From an uncultured Actinomycetes bacterium (GTDB lineage: Bacteria; Actinomycetota; UBA4738; JBBDTT01): a DNA stretch of 64,000 nt. The stretch is taken from contig CAVUMN010000004.1 of assembly GCA_963742735.1 (NCBI GenBank), forward strand, positions 256,001 to 320,000, in the 5' to 3' direction. Below, piece by piece: positions 50,336 through 61,912 of this stretch (positions within the stretch are counted from its first letter, which is position 1; every line of letters begins with the position of its first letter). A program made the translations under genes and the position numbers. Under the pieces are notes generated by a model that was given only the letters and a program-made list of their open reading frames with translations, had not been told where the DNA came from and searched no databases.

Positions 50336-51907
50336 ATGGGGCGCCAGCCCTCTCGAGTCTTCGCCCTGGGGGTCGCCGCGGTCACCATCGCGGTGACCGG
50401 GCTGGCCGTCGCGGCGGGTCGGTCCGAGCCTCCCGTACCAGCGCCCACGCCCGTCGCCTCCCCGCCGGGACCCGAGGAAGAACCCTTCCACGCGCTTTGG
50501 CCCGAACGAACCCGCGCGAAGGCCGAGGCCGCCCAGGCCGCCGCCGACGAGGCACGCGCGCCGGAGTGGCGCCTCGCCGCGAAGCTGACCGCTGAGATGT
50601 TCGTCCGACGCCTCATGGGCTGGAAGAACCTCGAGACGGTGCGCTCGGGATGCATCCTCGACTGCGTTCCACACGGGGACCGCCAGGGCTTCGCCGTCCT
50701 CCATGGCTGCCAAGCCTGTGAGGGGCTCAACGTGCGGGTCGAACGCCTGGTCACGAGGGGATCCGGCGGGATCTGGTCGGTGACCGCCGTGGCGAGCGAG
50801 TTTCAGCTCGGCGTCGACGTCGGCGACGTGGTTGCCGTGGGTGACGAGGTGTTCGCGTCCAGCCGCGCCGAGAGCGCCTTCGCGCCTCTCGAGGACGGCA
50901 CGCCGATCCACTCCGGCTTCTTCATCAGCGGCCGTTGCAACATCCGAAACACCGGTCCGGGTCTCGTCGAGGGCGGACGGGCGGAGGTGTTCGTGGACGC
51001 CTTCCTCGTCAATGAGTGCGCCGAGAACCGCGCCCTCGGCGGCTACCTGGTGGCAATGCGAAGCGACCTCACGGATGAGCCGGTCCCGGATCCCCTCCAA
51101 CCGCCGCTCGCCGGAGGACAGCTCAGGCTCACGGCCTTCGCCGCGGTGCCCGTGGTCTTTCGGGCCACGCCCATAACCGTCGCGGAGCCTTCCGACCCGG
51201 CCGAGGCGGCCGCCTTCGCTCGCGAGTTCATGCAGGCGCGAGTGCGTGGCTCCGACGTCGACGCGATGCTGTCCGAGTCGGCTCTGCGGACGTACGCGGC
51301 CCCGCCGAACGCCCTGAGCCTCGCGCCGTCGAAGGGGGTCCGACATCGCTTCCGGATGCGGGACGTGGTGGTCGTGACCGAGCCCTCGGGATACTCGGTC
51401 ATCGTCGTGCTCTTCCGCCATCACGAGGACGAGCGGATCCCCGTGCGCTCCGTGGAACAGCTTTTCCTGGAGGCGGGGTTCAACAGCCAGGGCGAGCAGC
51501 TCCCGCTGGTGATTCGAAACGGCGGCTCCTACTTCGGCGGCTACACCAAGAACGCATGCCTGCACGGAGGCATCTGCTGGGGCGTGTACCTGGCGCTGGG
51601 ACCACACGACGATGTCAACGTGAAGGCTCAGGCCGACCGGCTCCGACAGCTTGGGTTCGAGTCATACCCGGGGGCATACGGCGTCGCGGGACCGGGGTCC
51701 GAGAGGTACCCGGGCTCGATGTTCTGGGCCGTCGCCGCCGGGGGGATCGGCGCCGACGCCGGCGCGATCGAGGCCCTCGACGTCGGCCAGGACACGGACG
51801 CCGCGGTCGTCTACTTCACCTCGGAGGAGTCGGCCCGCGCTTTCTCTCTGCAGCTCGATCCGCCACCGGTCGCGATCGTACGAATCGTGATCTTCGGCGC
51901 CGACTGA
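50336..51907 (+). CDS. exported protein sharing ectodomain modules with the anti-sigma-like sensors
   Basis: ALWPERTRAKAEAAQ...ERLVTRGSGGIWSVTAV and FAREFMQARVRG modules; no cognate sigma. Confidence 0.7.
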   Translation: MGRQPSRVFALGVAAVTIAVTGLAVAAGRSEPPVPAPTPVASPPGPEEEPFHALWPERTRAKAEAAQAAADEARAPEWRLAAKLTAEMFVRRLMGWKNLETVRSGCILDCVPHGDRQGFAVLHGCQACEGLNVRVERLVTRGSGGIWSVTAVASEFQLGVDVGDVVAVGDEVFASSRAESAFAPLEDGTPIHSGFFISGRCNIRNTGPGLVEGGRAEVFVDAFLVNECAENRALGGYLVAMRSDLTDEPVPDPLQPPLAGGQLRLTAFAAVPVVFRATPITVAEPSDPAEAAAFAREFMQARVRGSDVDAMLSESALRTYAAPPNALSLAPSKGVRHRFRMRDVVVVTEPSGYSVIVVLFRHHEDERIPVRSVEQLFLEAGFNSQGEQLPLVIRNGGSYFGGYTKNACLHGGICWGVYLALGPHDDVNVKAQADRLRQLGFESYPGAYGVAGPGSERYPGSMFWAVAAGGIGADAGAIEALDVGQDTDAAVVYFTSEESARAFSLQLDPPPVAIVRIVIFGAD

Positions 51908-51958
51908 ACGCGGAGGCGCCCACTTCTAACTGCGGCGGAGCGGTCGTAGCGTGGACTC

Positions 51959-52549
51959 ATGTACCGGCGCGCGTTCGTCTTGGCGTTGGTCATCGGATCG
52001 CTGGCCACCGCGAACGCGGCGGTCCTCGCCCTTCGGGGATCCACTGCGGACGAATCACCTCACCCGCAGACGACGCCGGCGGACCACTACATCCGGTTCG
52101 AGAGTCAGACGGAGAATCCCAGTCGCCCGGGCGTCCTCTCGATCGAGCTCTCGACCAATCTTCCGGTGGGGACGCGGATCGCGCGGGCGACGGCTTCGGA
52201 GTACGCGGAGGGAGGAACCTGCTGCCCAGGGATCACGTCGAACCGGATCCTCCTGACCCTGGTGAACAACGATTGCCACGTTGTGGACGGTGAGCTTCGT
52301 GGATCGAGATTCTCGCTGACGATCGTCGCCGGACCTCGAGTCGAGTACCTCCTGCCATGCGCGGGCCCGCCGGGCGGCTGCCGTCCGCAGAAGCAGCCCG
52401 CCTCGGTCCGGGCGGTCCTCGGCGACCACTTCGAACGGCTGCGCGGCGACCAGATGGTGGTCGATGAGGCCGAACGCCGGCTCGTGTTCGAGCACGAGTT
52501 CGAGTTCCCTGCCGAGACGTGCCTGGCAAACCCAGGGACGGACGGCTGA
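51959..52549 (+). CDS. Cys-rich exported hypothetical protein
   Basis: Signal/TM at N-terminus, six Cys. Confidence 0.55.
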   Translation: MYRRAFVLALVIGSLATANAAVLALRGSTADESPHPQTTPADHYIRFESQTENPSRPGVLSIELSTNLPVGTRIARATASEYAEGGTCCPGITSNRILLTLVNNDCHVVDGELRGSRFSLTIVAGPRVEYLLPCAGPPGGCRPQKQPASVRAVLGDHFERLRGDQMVVDEAERRLVFEHEFEFPAETCLANPGTDG

Positions 52550-52617
52550 GAGAGATGCGAGGATCGCCCGGCTCGTCCCGCTCTTGCTTCTCAGCCGAAT
52601 TGAGCGTCTACTGAGGC

Positions 52618-53073
52618 ATGACATCAATCAAGCGCGTTCTCGTCCTCCTCGTCCTCGTCAGCCTCGCCTTGACCGCCTGTGGCGGTGACCCCGAGCCAAG
52701 CCAGACCACGACGGCCCCCACCGGGACGCCCGGTTCGCCGGCCGGCTCTCCCGCCGGAGGCGCGGTCGACCTCACCGGAACCTGGAACGGAACCTACGGG
52801 GCCGGGGATCAGGTGGCCGGGACGTTCACCATCGAGTTCACGCAGACGGGGAACCAGGTCACGGGCACCATCGACATTCAGGGCTCCCCCTGCGTCTCTC
52901 ACGGCGAGATCAGCGGCGGCCTGAGCGGAAACCAGATCACGTTCGGCGCCGTTGAGGCGGAGCAGTCGATCTCGTTCACGGGTGAGGTCTCCGGCGACCA
53001 CATGTCCGGGGACTTCTCGGCGCCCGCCTGCGAGGCCGGCACCTCCGGAGACTGGGAGGCCGACCGGGCGTAG
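52618..53073 (+). CDS. small beta-barrel-like lipoprotein
   Basis: Lipobox LTAC, DLTGTWNGTY...GDWEADR. Confidence 0.75.
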   Translation: MTSIKRVLVLLVLVSLALTACGGDPEPSQTTTAPTGTPGSPAGSPAGGAVDLTGTWNGTYGAGDQVAGTFTIEFTQTGNQVTGTIDIQGSPCVSHGEISGGLSGNQITFGAVEAEQSISFTGEVSGDHMSGDFSAPACEAGTSGDWEADRA

Positions 53074-53081
53074 GCCGGTCC

Positions 53082-53719
53082 CTAGCTGCCGGCGCCGATC
53101 AAGCCGAACGCTTCGGCCCGCGTCTTGGGGTCGCTGCGGAACAGACCTCGCACCGTCGACGTCACCGTCTGACTGCCTGGCTTCTTCACGCCGCGCATCG
53201 TCATGCAGAGGTGCTCGGCCTCGATCACGACCATCACTCCGCGCGGGTCGAGCTGTTTCTCGATGGCGTCGGCGATCTGCGTCGTCATCCGCTCCTGAAC
53301 CTGCAGCCGCCGGGCGCACACGTCGACCACGCGCGCCAGCTTCGAGATCCCGGTGATGCGGCCGCTCTTGTTCGGGATATAGGCCACATGGGCCTTGCCC
53401 ATGAACGGGACCAGGTGGTGCTCGCAGAGCGCGGCGAACGGGATGTCGCGGACCATGACCATCTCGTCGTGGCCCTCGGCGAACGTGACGTTCAGGACCT
53501 CGGCCTCGTCCTGCCACGAGCCGGCCAGGACCTCCTCGTACATGTCGGCGACCCGCTCGGGGGTCCTGGCGAGTCCCTCGCGATCGACGTCCTCGCCGAG
53601 GCCCTTCAGCAGATCGCGGATCGCGTTGACGACGACGTCCCGGTCGAACGCCCGGTTCGGGCCCTTCGGGCCTCCGGAGTCCGGGTCGCCGCCCGTCGGG
53701 CCGGGCGTCTGCGACGGGG

Positions 53720-53723
<4 letters not shown>
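53082..53723 (-). CDS. folE: GTP cyclohydrolase I
   Basis: [36 protein letters not shown]; GTGA overlap with ftsH. Confidence 0.96.
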
Positions 53724-55606
<1,883 letters not shown>

Positions 55607-55770
55607 GAGCGGCCCCCGAAGGATCCTGCGGAATCGGGGCTCGGGTTGCGTGGGAAAGCTCCTTTTCTGAAGTCGAAGGGACCGCCAGGCGCGGCGATCC
55701 CGGCATCGATGCTAGCACGCAGTTCTGCCAGACTACCCGGGTGCATCGGCCCGGGCGGTACGCCCGCCGG

Positions 55771-56367
55771 ATGCTTCCCCTCGTGCTGGCGTGCGCGCTT
55801 TTCGCCTGCACCCCGGAGACCACCGACCCCCTCATCGAGGCGGGCGAGGACCTCCTGGAGACGTTCGATCCGAACACCGATCCGGAGAGCGGGTTCGCCT
55901 CGCTGAACCGCTTCGCCGCGGAGCGTCCGATGCTGGCCGCCGACACCGCGCAGGGGCTCGTGGAGGCTCAGGAGGACGACACGCGCTACGCCGCCGTGTA
56001 CGTCCTGGGGCTGACCGCCGACGGCCAGGACGAGCTCGAGGCCCTGCGCCGGGTGACGGACGACCCCCTGTCCTACCTGCGGGCGATCGCCGCGGGCGCG
56101 CTGATCGGGATCGGCGACGTCGACGCCATCCCGGTCCTGATCGACTTGCTCGTCGCCACGGACGAGATCCCCGGCTCGCTCCCCTCGACGTTCGTGGACC
56201 GGTTCGCCTCGGAGGTCCTCACCTCGTACACCGGCCAGGACTTCGGGGTCAGGGAGGCACGTGGCAGCGCCGCCCGCGCCGAGGCCCAGGGCCGCTGGCG
56301 CGGCTGGTTCGAGTCGGTGCGCGGGACGATCCGATGGGATCCCGGCTCCCGCAGGTACCTCACGTGA
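55771..56367 (+). CDS. HEAT-repeat lipoprotein
   Basis: Lipobox LFAC, RYAAVYVLG / RAIAAGALIGIG..AIPVLIDLL, TGQDFG...W..W. Confidence 0.7.
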   Translation: MLPLVLACALFACTPETTDPLIEAGEDLLETFDPNTDPESGFASLNRFAAERPMLAADTAQGLVEAQEDDTRYAAVYVLGLTADGQDELEALRRVTDDPLSYLRAIAAGALIGIGDVDAIPVLIDLLVATDEIPGSLPSTFVDRFASEVLTSYTGQDFGVREARGSAARAEAQGRWRGWFESVRGTIRWDPGSRRYLT

Positions 56368-57314
56368 GGCGGCTGGGCGTGGTCCTGGCCGCGATGACGA
56401 TGCTCGTCGCGCTGGCGAGCCCGGCCCCGGCGGCGAACGAGCTCCGGACGGAGAACAACCGGGTGCTGGTCACGATCCCGATCCGGATCGCGGGCGCCGT
56501 CGATGAGACCGAGGCCATCCGCAAGCTCAACGGCCAGGGCGAACGGCTCGGCGCGGACCCCCTGTTCGGATGCTTCGCCGTCGCGCCCTTGGTGGCGGCC
56601 GAGCCCGGCCCGGACGCCCACCTGCTGAGGGTGCTGCCCCAGCGGCCGGGCCAGTTCGTCCGGCCCAGCGCGTCCGGCTCGCCCGACCCGTTCACCGGCC
56701 CGCGCGAGGTCGTCGTCGGCTCGCTGCAGCTCGACGCGGCCGACCCCCTGGAGGGGCCGCTGCCCCTGCTGCTCGCCGAGCTGCCCCGGACGGGCGAGGT
56801 GGACTTCCTCTCCTCGGTCCTGGAGCGGGCGACGGCCGAGGCAGGGCTCGGCTCGCTCAAGCCGTGCCGTTGGAGGGGCGTCCTGGCCCTGCGCGCCGAG
56901 TTCGACCGCTATCACCTGACGGTCGGGTCGGACATCCCGTTCACGTTCGCCGTGCGGCCCGACGGCGCGATCACGGCCCGCATGGGGAAGATGGTCCGGG
57001 CGGCCACGGCCGAGGACCCCGACCTCGGCCACTGCTCGACCGAGGACGCCCCCGGGTTCGGCATCCGCGTGACCGGCACGGCCGAGGCCGGCCGGTTCAC
57101 GTTCGAGTTCACCCCGCGGGGCCGGGAGGTGGACTTCACCATGTCCTGCTCGAGCGGCAACCTGGAGATCGGCGGGGACTACCTGCGGGCTGCGTTCCAG
57201 CCCCAGGGACGGCTGACCCTGGAAGTCGCGCCGCGCGGCGGCGCCACCGCGGCGGCGAAGGGAGCGATCCAGGGGCGGGCGACCAGCGCGCGGGTCACCG
57301 TCCACCGGGCCTAG
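56364..57314 (+). CDS. secreted hypothetical protein
   Basis: Signal peptide VRRLGVVLAAMTMLVALASPAPA; GTGA overlap. Confidence 0.65.
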   Translation: MRRLGVVLAAMTMLVALASPAPAANELRTENNRVLVTIPIRIAGAVDETEAIRKLNGQGERLGADPLFGCFAVAPLVAAEPGPDAHLLRVLPQRPGQFVRPSASGSPDPFTGPREVVVGSLQLDAADPLEGPLPLLLAELPRTGEVDFLSSVLERATAEAGLGSLKPCRWRGVLALRAEFDRYHLTVGSDIPFTFAVRPDGAITARMGKMVRAATAEDPDLGHCSTEDAPGFGIRVTGTAEAGRFTFEFTPRGREVDFTMSCSSGNLEIGGDYLRAAFQPQGRLTLEVAPRGGATAAAKGAIQGRATSARVTVHRA

Positions 57315-57913
57315 CCGGCGGCGTACGCCTCCTTGCGAAGGGTCGCCACATAGGGGAGGTTGCGGTACTTCTCGCCGAAGTCGAGGCCGTAGCCCACGAC
57401 GAACTCGCTGGGGATGTCGAAGCCGCGGTACTTGATGTCGAGCGGCACGCGCTGCATCTCCGTCTTGTGCAGGAGCGCGGCCACCTCGAGCGTCGCGGGC
57501 TTGCGCGTGCGGAGGTTCTTGAGCAGGTAGTTCAGGGTCAGACCGCTGTCGATGATGTCCTCGACCAGCAGCACGTTGCGGCCCTGGATCTCGTGGTCGA
57601 GGTCCTTGAGGATCCGCACGACCCCGCTGGTCCGGGTAGCCGACCCATACGACGACACGGCCATGAAGTCGAACTCCAGGGGCAGCCGGATGTTTCGGGC
57701 CAGGTCGGCCATCACCATGAACGCGCCCTTCAACACCCCCACCAACAGCAGGTCCTGGCCGGCGTAGTCGGAGGTGATGGCCTCGCCGAGCTCGCGAAGC
57801 TTGGCCTGGATCTCCTCCTCGGAGATCAGGACCCGCTCGATGTCGTCGTCGTACTCGGCCACGTGAGCGGCCAGTGTAGCGAGATCGGTTCCTGGGTCCG
57901 GGGCGACGTTCAC
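57311..57913 (-). CDS. hpt: hypoxanthine phosphoribosyltransferase
   Basis: GVLKGA, VSSYG, LVEDIIDSGLTL, FVVGYGLD..YRNLP; AGGAGG RBS. Confidence 0.96.
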   Translation of the reverse strand: MNVAPDPGTDLATLAAHVAEYDDDIERVLISEEEIQAKLRELGEAITSDYAGQDLLLVGVLKGAFMVMADLARNIRLPLEFDFMAVSSYGSATRTSGVVRILKDLDHEIQGRNVLLVEDIIDSGLTLNYLLKNLRTRKPATLEVAALLHKTEMQRVPLDIKYRGFDIPSEFVVGYGLDFGEKYRNLPYVATLRKEAYAAG

Positions 57914-57930
57914 GCGCTCCTCCTTGCGGC

Positions 57931-58950
57931 TCAGGGGGAAGGCCTGCGTGCCGACCGGGGAAGGAGGGAGAGGCGAACATACGACCTGTCCCGCGTCGCG
58001 AGCAAGGCCCCGGGCAGATCCACCCGGCGCCCTGGGCGGCCGGAGGCCAGGTCGACGACGGCGTCGACGTGCGCCCGGGTGGGCTCGACGACCCCCAGCG
58101 TGCGCAGGGCGCGCAAGACGACCCGGGACGCGACGGGCTCGGGGAGCGCTCGCAGCGCGACGGCGCGCAGCCGCCATCCGGCGCCGTCCTCGACCGCGAT
58201 CTCCTCGAAGGCCTCCTCGCCCAGGCGCCGAAGGAGGTCGGCGTCTCGGCGAAGCCCATCGCCGGTCCGGGCCAGGGACTCGACGACCCCTCGTCCGGTC
58301 GCCGCCTCCAGGGCGGGGAGCACGTCGTGACGAAGCGCGGCGCGAAGGTAGCGGGGGTCCCGGTTCATCGGATCGGGCCGGGGCCGGATGCGCAGGGCCC
58401 GGCAGAACGAGTGGGTCTCCTGGCGCGTGACGTCCAGGAGGGGACGCACGAACCGGTCCCGGGCCGGGGGGATCCCGGCCAGCGCCTCGAGCCCCCCGCC
58501 GCGGACGGCCGCGGCCAGGACCGTCTCGGCCTGGTCGTTCGCGGTGTGGGCGGTGGCCACCAGGTCGGCCTCCGCGTCGTGCAGAGCGTGCTCGAACAGC
58601 CGGTAGCGCTGCGCGCGGAGCCAGGCCTCCGGCGACGCGCCTCGCGGTTTCGCACGCTCCACGCGGTAGACGGCACACGGGAGCCCCAGCTTCGCCGCGG
58701 CCCGTTCGACGTAGCGGGCGTCGGCGGCGCTCTCGGGCCGCTGGGCGTGATCGACGTGGACCACCGACAGGCGGACGCGCAGCAGCCGTCGCAGGGCGTG
58801 CATCGCGTGCAGGAGGCACATCGAGTCCCCGCCGCCCGACACGGCGAGCACCACCTTCGTCCCCGGCGGGATCAGGTCGTGGCGGCGGACGGTCCCGGTG
58901 ACCCGCTCCAGGACGCGGGCGACGGCCGGAGGCCGGCGCGTCGCGGCCAC
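57931..58950 (-). CDS. tilS: tRNA(Ile)-lysidine synthase
   Basis: AVSGGGDS PP-loop, HVDH, TAHTANDQAET, VRPLL. Confidence 0.93.
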   Translation of the reverse strand: MAATRRPPAVARVLERVTGTVRRHDLIPPGTKVVLAVSGGGDSMCLLHAMHALRRLLRVRLSVVHVDHAQRPESAADARYVERAAAKLGLPCAVYRVERAKPRGASPEAWLRAQRYRLFEHALHDAEADLVATAHTANDQAETVLAAAVRGGGLEALAGIPPARDRFVRPLLDVTRQETHSFCRALRIRPRPDPMNRDPRYLRAALRHDVLPALEAATGRGVVESLARTGDGLRRDADLLRRLGEEAFEEIAVEDGAGWRLRAVALRALPEPVASRVVLRALRTLGVVEPTRAHVDAVVDLASGRPGRRVDLPGALLATRDRSYVRLSLLPRSARRPSP

Positions 58951-58951
58951 C

Positions 58952-60007
58952 TCACTCCGCCGCGACTCGCGAGACCCAGCGCTCGGGCCGGGAGACCTCC
59001 TCGAGCGAGGGCAGGTTCGCCGGATCGCTCCACACGCGGTTGAACCCGGTCATCCCCGCGGCGTCCACGACCTCGGCCACGAAGCGCTCCCCCTGGTCGT
59101 ACTGGCGCACCTTCGCGTCGAAGCCGATCGCGCGCTGGAACGCCTTCTCGACGCCGGCCGAGCTCCGGCGCTCCTTCAGGGTCGCCCGCATCCGCGCGCC
59201 CTGGTTGACGTTCCCGTCCGCGAGCTCGTCCATGACGAAGTTGCCGTGTCCCTCGAGGAGCGACATCACCGCCTGCATCCGGCGGAAGGTCACGCGCTGC
59301 TCGGGGGTCATGAGCAGGAACAGCACGCCGAGGCCCTTCCACTCGCCGTGGCCGGAGCGGATCTCCTCGACGGCGCGGCGCAGCGCCACCACGAGCTCCC
59401 GCGGGTCGAGCTTGATCGAGTCGAAGTAGGTGTCGACCAGGCCGCTGACGTGCCCGCGCAGCCACGGCACGCCCGAGAACTGGAGCTGGTGGTCCACCTC
59501 GTGCAGGGTCAGCCACATCCGGAAGTCGCGGGCGGGGAAGCGGAACCGGCGCTCGACCGTCACGATGTTCGGGCCGACGAAGTAGATGAGGCCCTGGTCC
59601 TCGGGGGCCAGGAACAGGTCGTACTGCCCCAGGACCTTCTTCGACAGGTAGCCGAGCAGCAGGCCGATCTGCAAGGCGAGCCCCTGGCGACGGACGGGGG
59701 CGAACAGTCCGTCGCGGACGCCGACCCGCTCGGCCAGGGGGTCGATGAGGCGGCGGAAGCCGCGCATGTTCTGGTCGATCCACTCGCCGCGGGTCATCAC
59801 CCAGCCGCGGGCCGGCTCGGGGCCCCCAGGCAGGCCGGTGAAGTCCATCACCAGCTTCTGGGCCTCGGGGACGATCTCGCCGAAGTCCTCGGCCAGCCGG
59901 GCCCGGTCGATGGGGGTCAGCGTCGGGCCCTCTCCGGCCACACGTTTCGCGATCCGCGCCGCCGAGGACCAGTCGACCAGGCGCCCCGCGGGGGTCCGGT
60001 CGGTCAC
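58952..60007 (-). CDS. zincin-type metalloprotease (DUF2342-like, usual tilS neighbour in actinobacteria)
   Basis: VLGQYD, PNIV, HEVDH, MSLLEGH, QYDQG. Confidence 0.85.
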   Translation of the reverse strand: MTDRTPAGRLVDWSSAARIAKRVAGEGPTLTPIDRARLAEDFGEIVPEAQKLVMDFTGLPGGPEPARGWVMTRGEWIDQNMRGFRRLIDPLAERVGVRDGLFAPVRRQGLALQIGLLLGYLSKKVLGQYDLFLAPEDQGLIYFVGPNIVTVERRFRFPARDFRMWLTLHEVDHQLQFSGVPWLRGHVSGLVDTYFDSIKLDPRELVVALRRAVEEIRSGHGEWKGLGVLFLLMTPEQRVTFRRMQAVMSLLEGHGNFVMDELADGNVNQGARMRATLKERRSSAGVEKAFQRAIGFDAKVRQYDQGERFVAEVVDAAGMTGFNRVWSDPANLPSLEEVSRPERWVSRVAAE

Positions 60008-60729
60008 GACTTCGACTCGCCGCCTCCCTCGGAGCCGGACGCCTCCTCGGCGGCCTCCCCCGAGGATTCCTCGGAGGTCTCCTTCGCCTCGGCCTCGGCC
60101 TCGGGCCGAGCCTCGGCGGGGGTCTGCTCGCCCTCGGGCTCGCCGGTTTCGGCGGCCTCCTCCTTCGCGGGCTCGGCGGGGGGCTCGGGCTCGGCCGTGG
60201 ACGGCTCCGGCTCGGGCTCGGCGGCGGGCTCGGGCTCAGCCGTGGCCTCCTCCTTGGCGGCCTCTGGCTCGGCGGCGGCCTCGGCCTTGGCGGGCTCGGG
60301 CTTGGGAGCCTCGGGCTTGGGAGCCTGGGTCGCGGCGACCTGGGCCGCGCTCGCCGATCCGGCCGGAGTGGTGGCCTGGCGCGCCGGGGCGGAGGGAGCC
60401 TGCGGCGACGCGGCGAGGGCCTGCGGCTGGGTGAGGGCCACGGCGGCGGCGGTGCGCGCGCCCGGAGGCAGCTTGCGGCGCGCGGCGCCTTCCGGAGGCT
60501 TCTTGTCCGAGCCGAACGACGGCGCGAAGCGCACGTACGCCGCGGCGAGGCCCAGGATGAGCGCGCCGCCCAGGAGGATCGAGCCGAAGCCCGAGAGGAT
60601 CGTCCACCCGGTCACCGGCTGGGACGGCTCGCCGGTGATGTTCGGTGTGGTCTGGGCGAGGGCCACGGCGGGCAGGGACAACAGCAGAAGGGTGACGAGG
60701 GCGGTGAGCACGGCGCGGATGGCTCGCAC
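60004..60729 (-). CDS. membrane protein with acidic Ala/Glu/Pro-rich tail
   Basis: Signal peptide + TM, then a low-complexity tail; stop overlaps the next start. Confidence 0.6.
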   Translation of the reverse strand: MRAIRAVLTALVTLLLLSLPAVALAQTTPNITGEPSQPVTGWTILSGFGSILLGGALILGLAAAYVRFAPSFGSDKKPPEGAARRKLPPGARTAAAVALTQPQALAASPQAPSAPARQATTPAGSASAAQVAATQAPKPEAPKPEPAKAEAAAEPEAAKEEATAEPEPAAEPEPEPSTAEPEPPAEPAKEEAAETGEPEGEQTPAEARPEAEAEAKETSEESSGEAAEEASGSEGGGESKS

Positions 60730-60816
60730 GGTCGGCGATTCTAGTGCACGACGCCGGACAACCGAGAGGCCCCCGGCGCTCGCCGAGGGCCTCTCGAGAT
60801 CCTGCGAGTGAGCAGG

Positions 60817-61308
60817 CTAGGTGCGGGCGAGCTTCCCGTTGAAGGTGAAGTCGACCGAGCCGTTCGGGCCGTCGAGGAAGTCGAGGACGACCCGCGTGTT
60901 GCCTCCGCCGGTCCAGTTCGGTCCACGGACGGTCCACTGCCCCGTGCACTCGAAGTGCTGGGCCCGTCCGTCCGTGTCGTCGCACTGGATCTTCCAGTCG
61001 ACGGTCAGGTCGTCGCCGTTGTGCAGCTGCGTGGTGCCCGACACGATCTGCGGCGGCCGGAACTTGCGCGCGCACGAGCGCGCGTCGCCGCCCGTTGAGA
61101 TCACGCCCGTGGCCTCGAACGTGCCGCTGGCACAGTCGGAGTTCGCCGTCCGGCCGGCGAAGGGCCGCTCGAAGAACTGATGGGTGTGGATGAACTGCGT
61201 GCGCTGACCGGCCGCGGAGGCCGGGAACGCGAACAGCCCGAGCACGAGCACGGCCGCCAGCAGCACCAGCGTCGTGCGCGAGCCGGGAGTGAGCTTGGTG
61301 AGGCGCAT
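60817..61308 (-). CDS. secreted hypothetical protein
   Basis: AAGGGG RBS, signal peptide, 4 Cys. Confidence 0.65.
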   Translation of the reverse strand: MRLTKLTPGSRTTLVLLAAVLVLGLFAFPASAAGQRTQFIHTHQFFERPFAGRTANSDCASGTFEATGVISTGGDARSCARKFRPPQIVSGTTQLHNGDDLTVDWKIQCDDTDGRAQHFECTGQWTVRGPNWTGGGNTRVVLDFLDGPNGSVDFTFNGKLART

Positions 61309-61404
61309 TCCTACCCCTTTCGATTGGACTGCCAAATGGATACAGGGTGGAGGGGACCGAGTCAATAGTCCCCTTTGCGTGGTCCGTTCGCGGTATGCGG
61401 GACG

Positions 61405-61480
61405 TGGAGCCGGGGAGGGGAATCGAACCCCTGACCTGCTCATTACGAATGAGCCGCTCTGCCGACTGAGCTACCCCGGC
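61405..61480 (-). tRNA. tRNA-Thr(CGT)
   Basis: GCCGGGG...CCCCGGC-T-CCA, anticodon arm GCTCA-TTCGTAA-TGAGC, GGTTCGATTCC. Confidence 0.95.
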
Positions 61481-61516
61481 TTGAGTCCAGTCGATGATAG
61501 AGGACGCACCTGAGCC

Positions 61517-61912
61517 TCAGCCCACCAGCACGCCGAGCAGCTCCCGGACGCGGCGGTCGATCTGGTCGCGGATGGGGCGGACCTGCTCGACCGTCTTGCC
61601 GGCGGGATCCTCGAGCTCCCAGTCCTCGTAGCGCTTCCCGGGATAGATCGGGCAGGCGTCGCCGCAGCCCATCGTCACGACGACGTCGGCGTCCCGGACC
61701 GCGTCGTCCGTCAGACGCTTCGGGACCTCCGCCGTAAGGTCGATGCCGACCTCGCGCATGGCCTCCAGGACCGCCGGGTTGATCGCGTCCGCCGGCTCGC
61801 TTCCGGCCGAGCGGACCGTCACCCGTCCCTCGGCGTGGCGCTCCAGGAGCGCCGCGGCCATCTGGCTTCGGCCGGCGTTGTGGACGCAGACGAACAAGAC
61901 CTCGGGGGTCAT
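61517..61912 (-). CDS. arsC: arsenate reductase (LMW-PTP fold)
   Basis: FVCVHNAGRSQMA, MGCGDACP, WELEDP. Confidence 0.9.
   Translation of the reverse strand: MTPEVLFVCVHNAGRSQMAAALLERHAEGRVTVRSAGSEPADAINPAVLEAMREVGIDLTAEVPKRLTDDAVRDADVVVTMGCGDACPIYPGKRYEDWELEDPAGKTVEQVRPIRDQIDRRVRELLGVLVG

Noticed and set aside
60020-60340. GGCTCG-rich repeats
   Set aside because: Low-complexity Glu/Pro/Ala coding tail of 60004..60729
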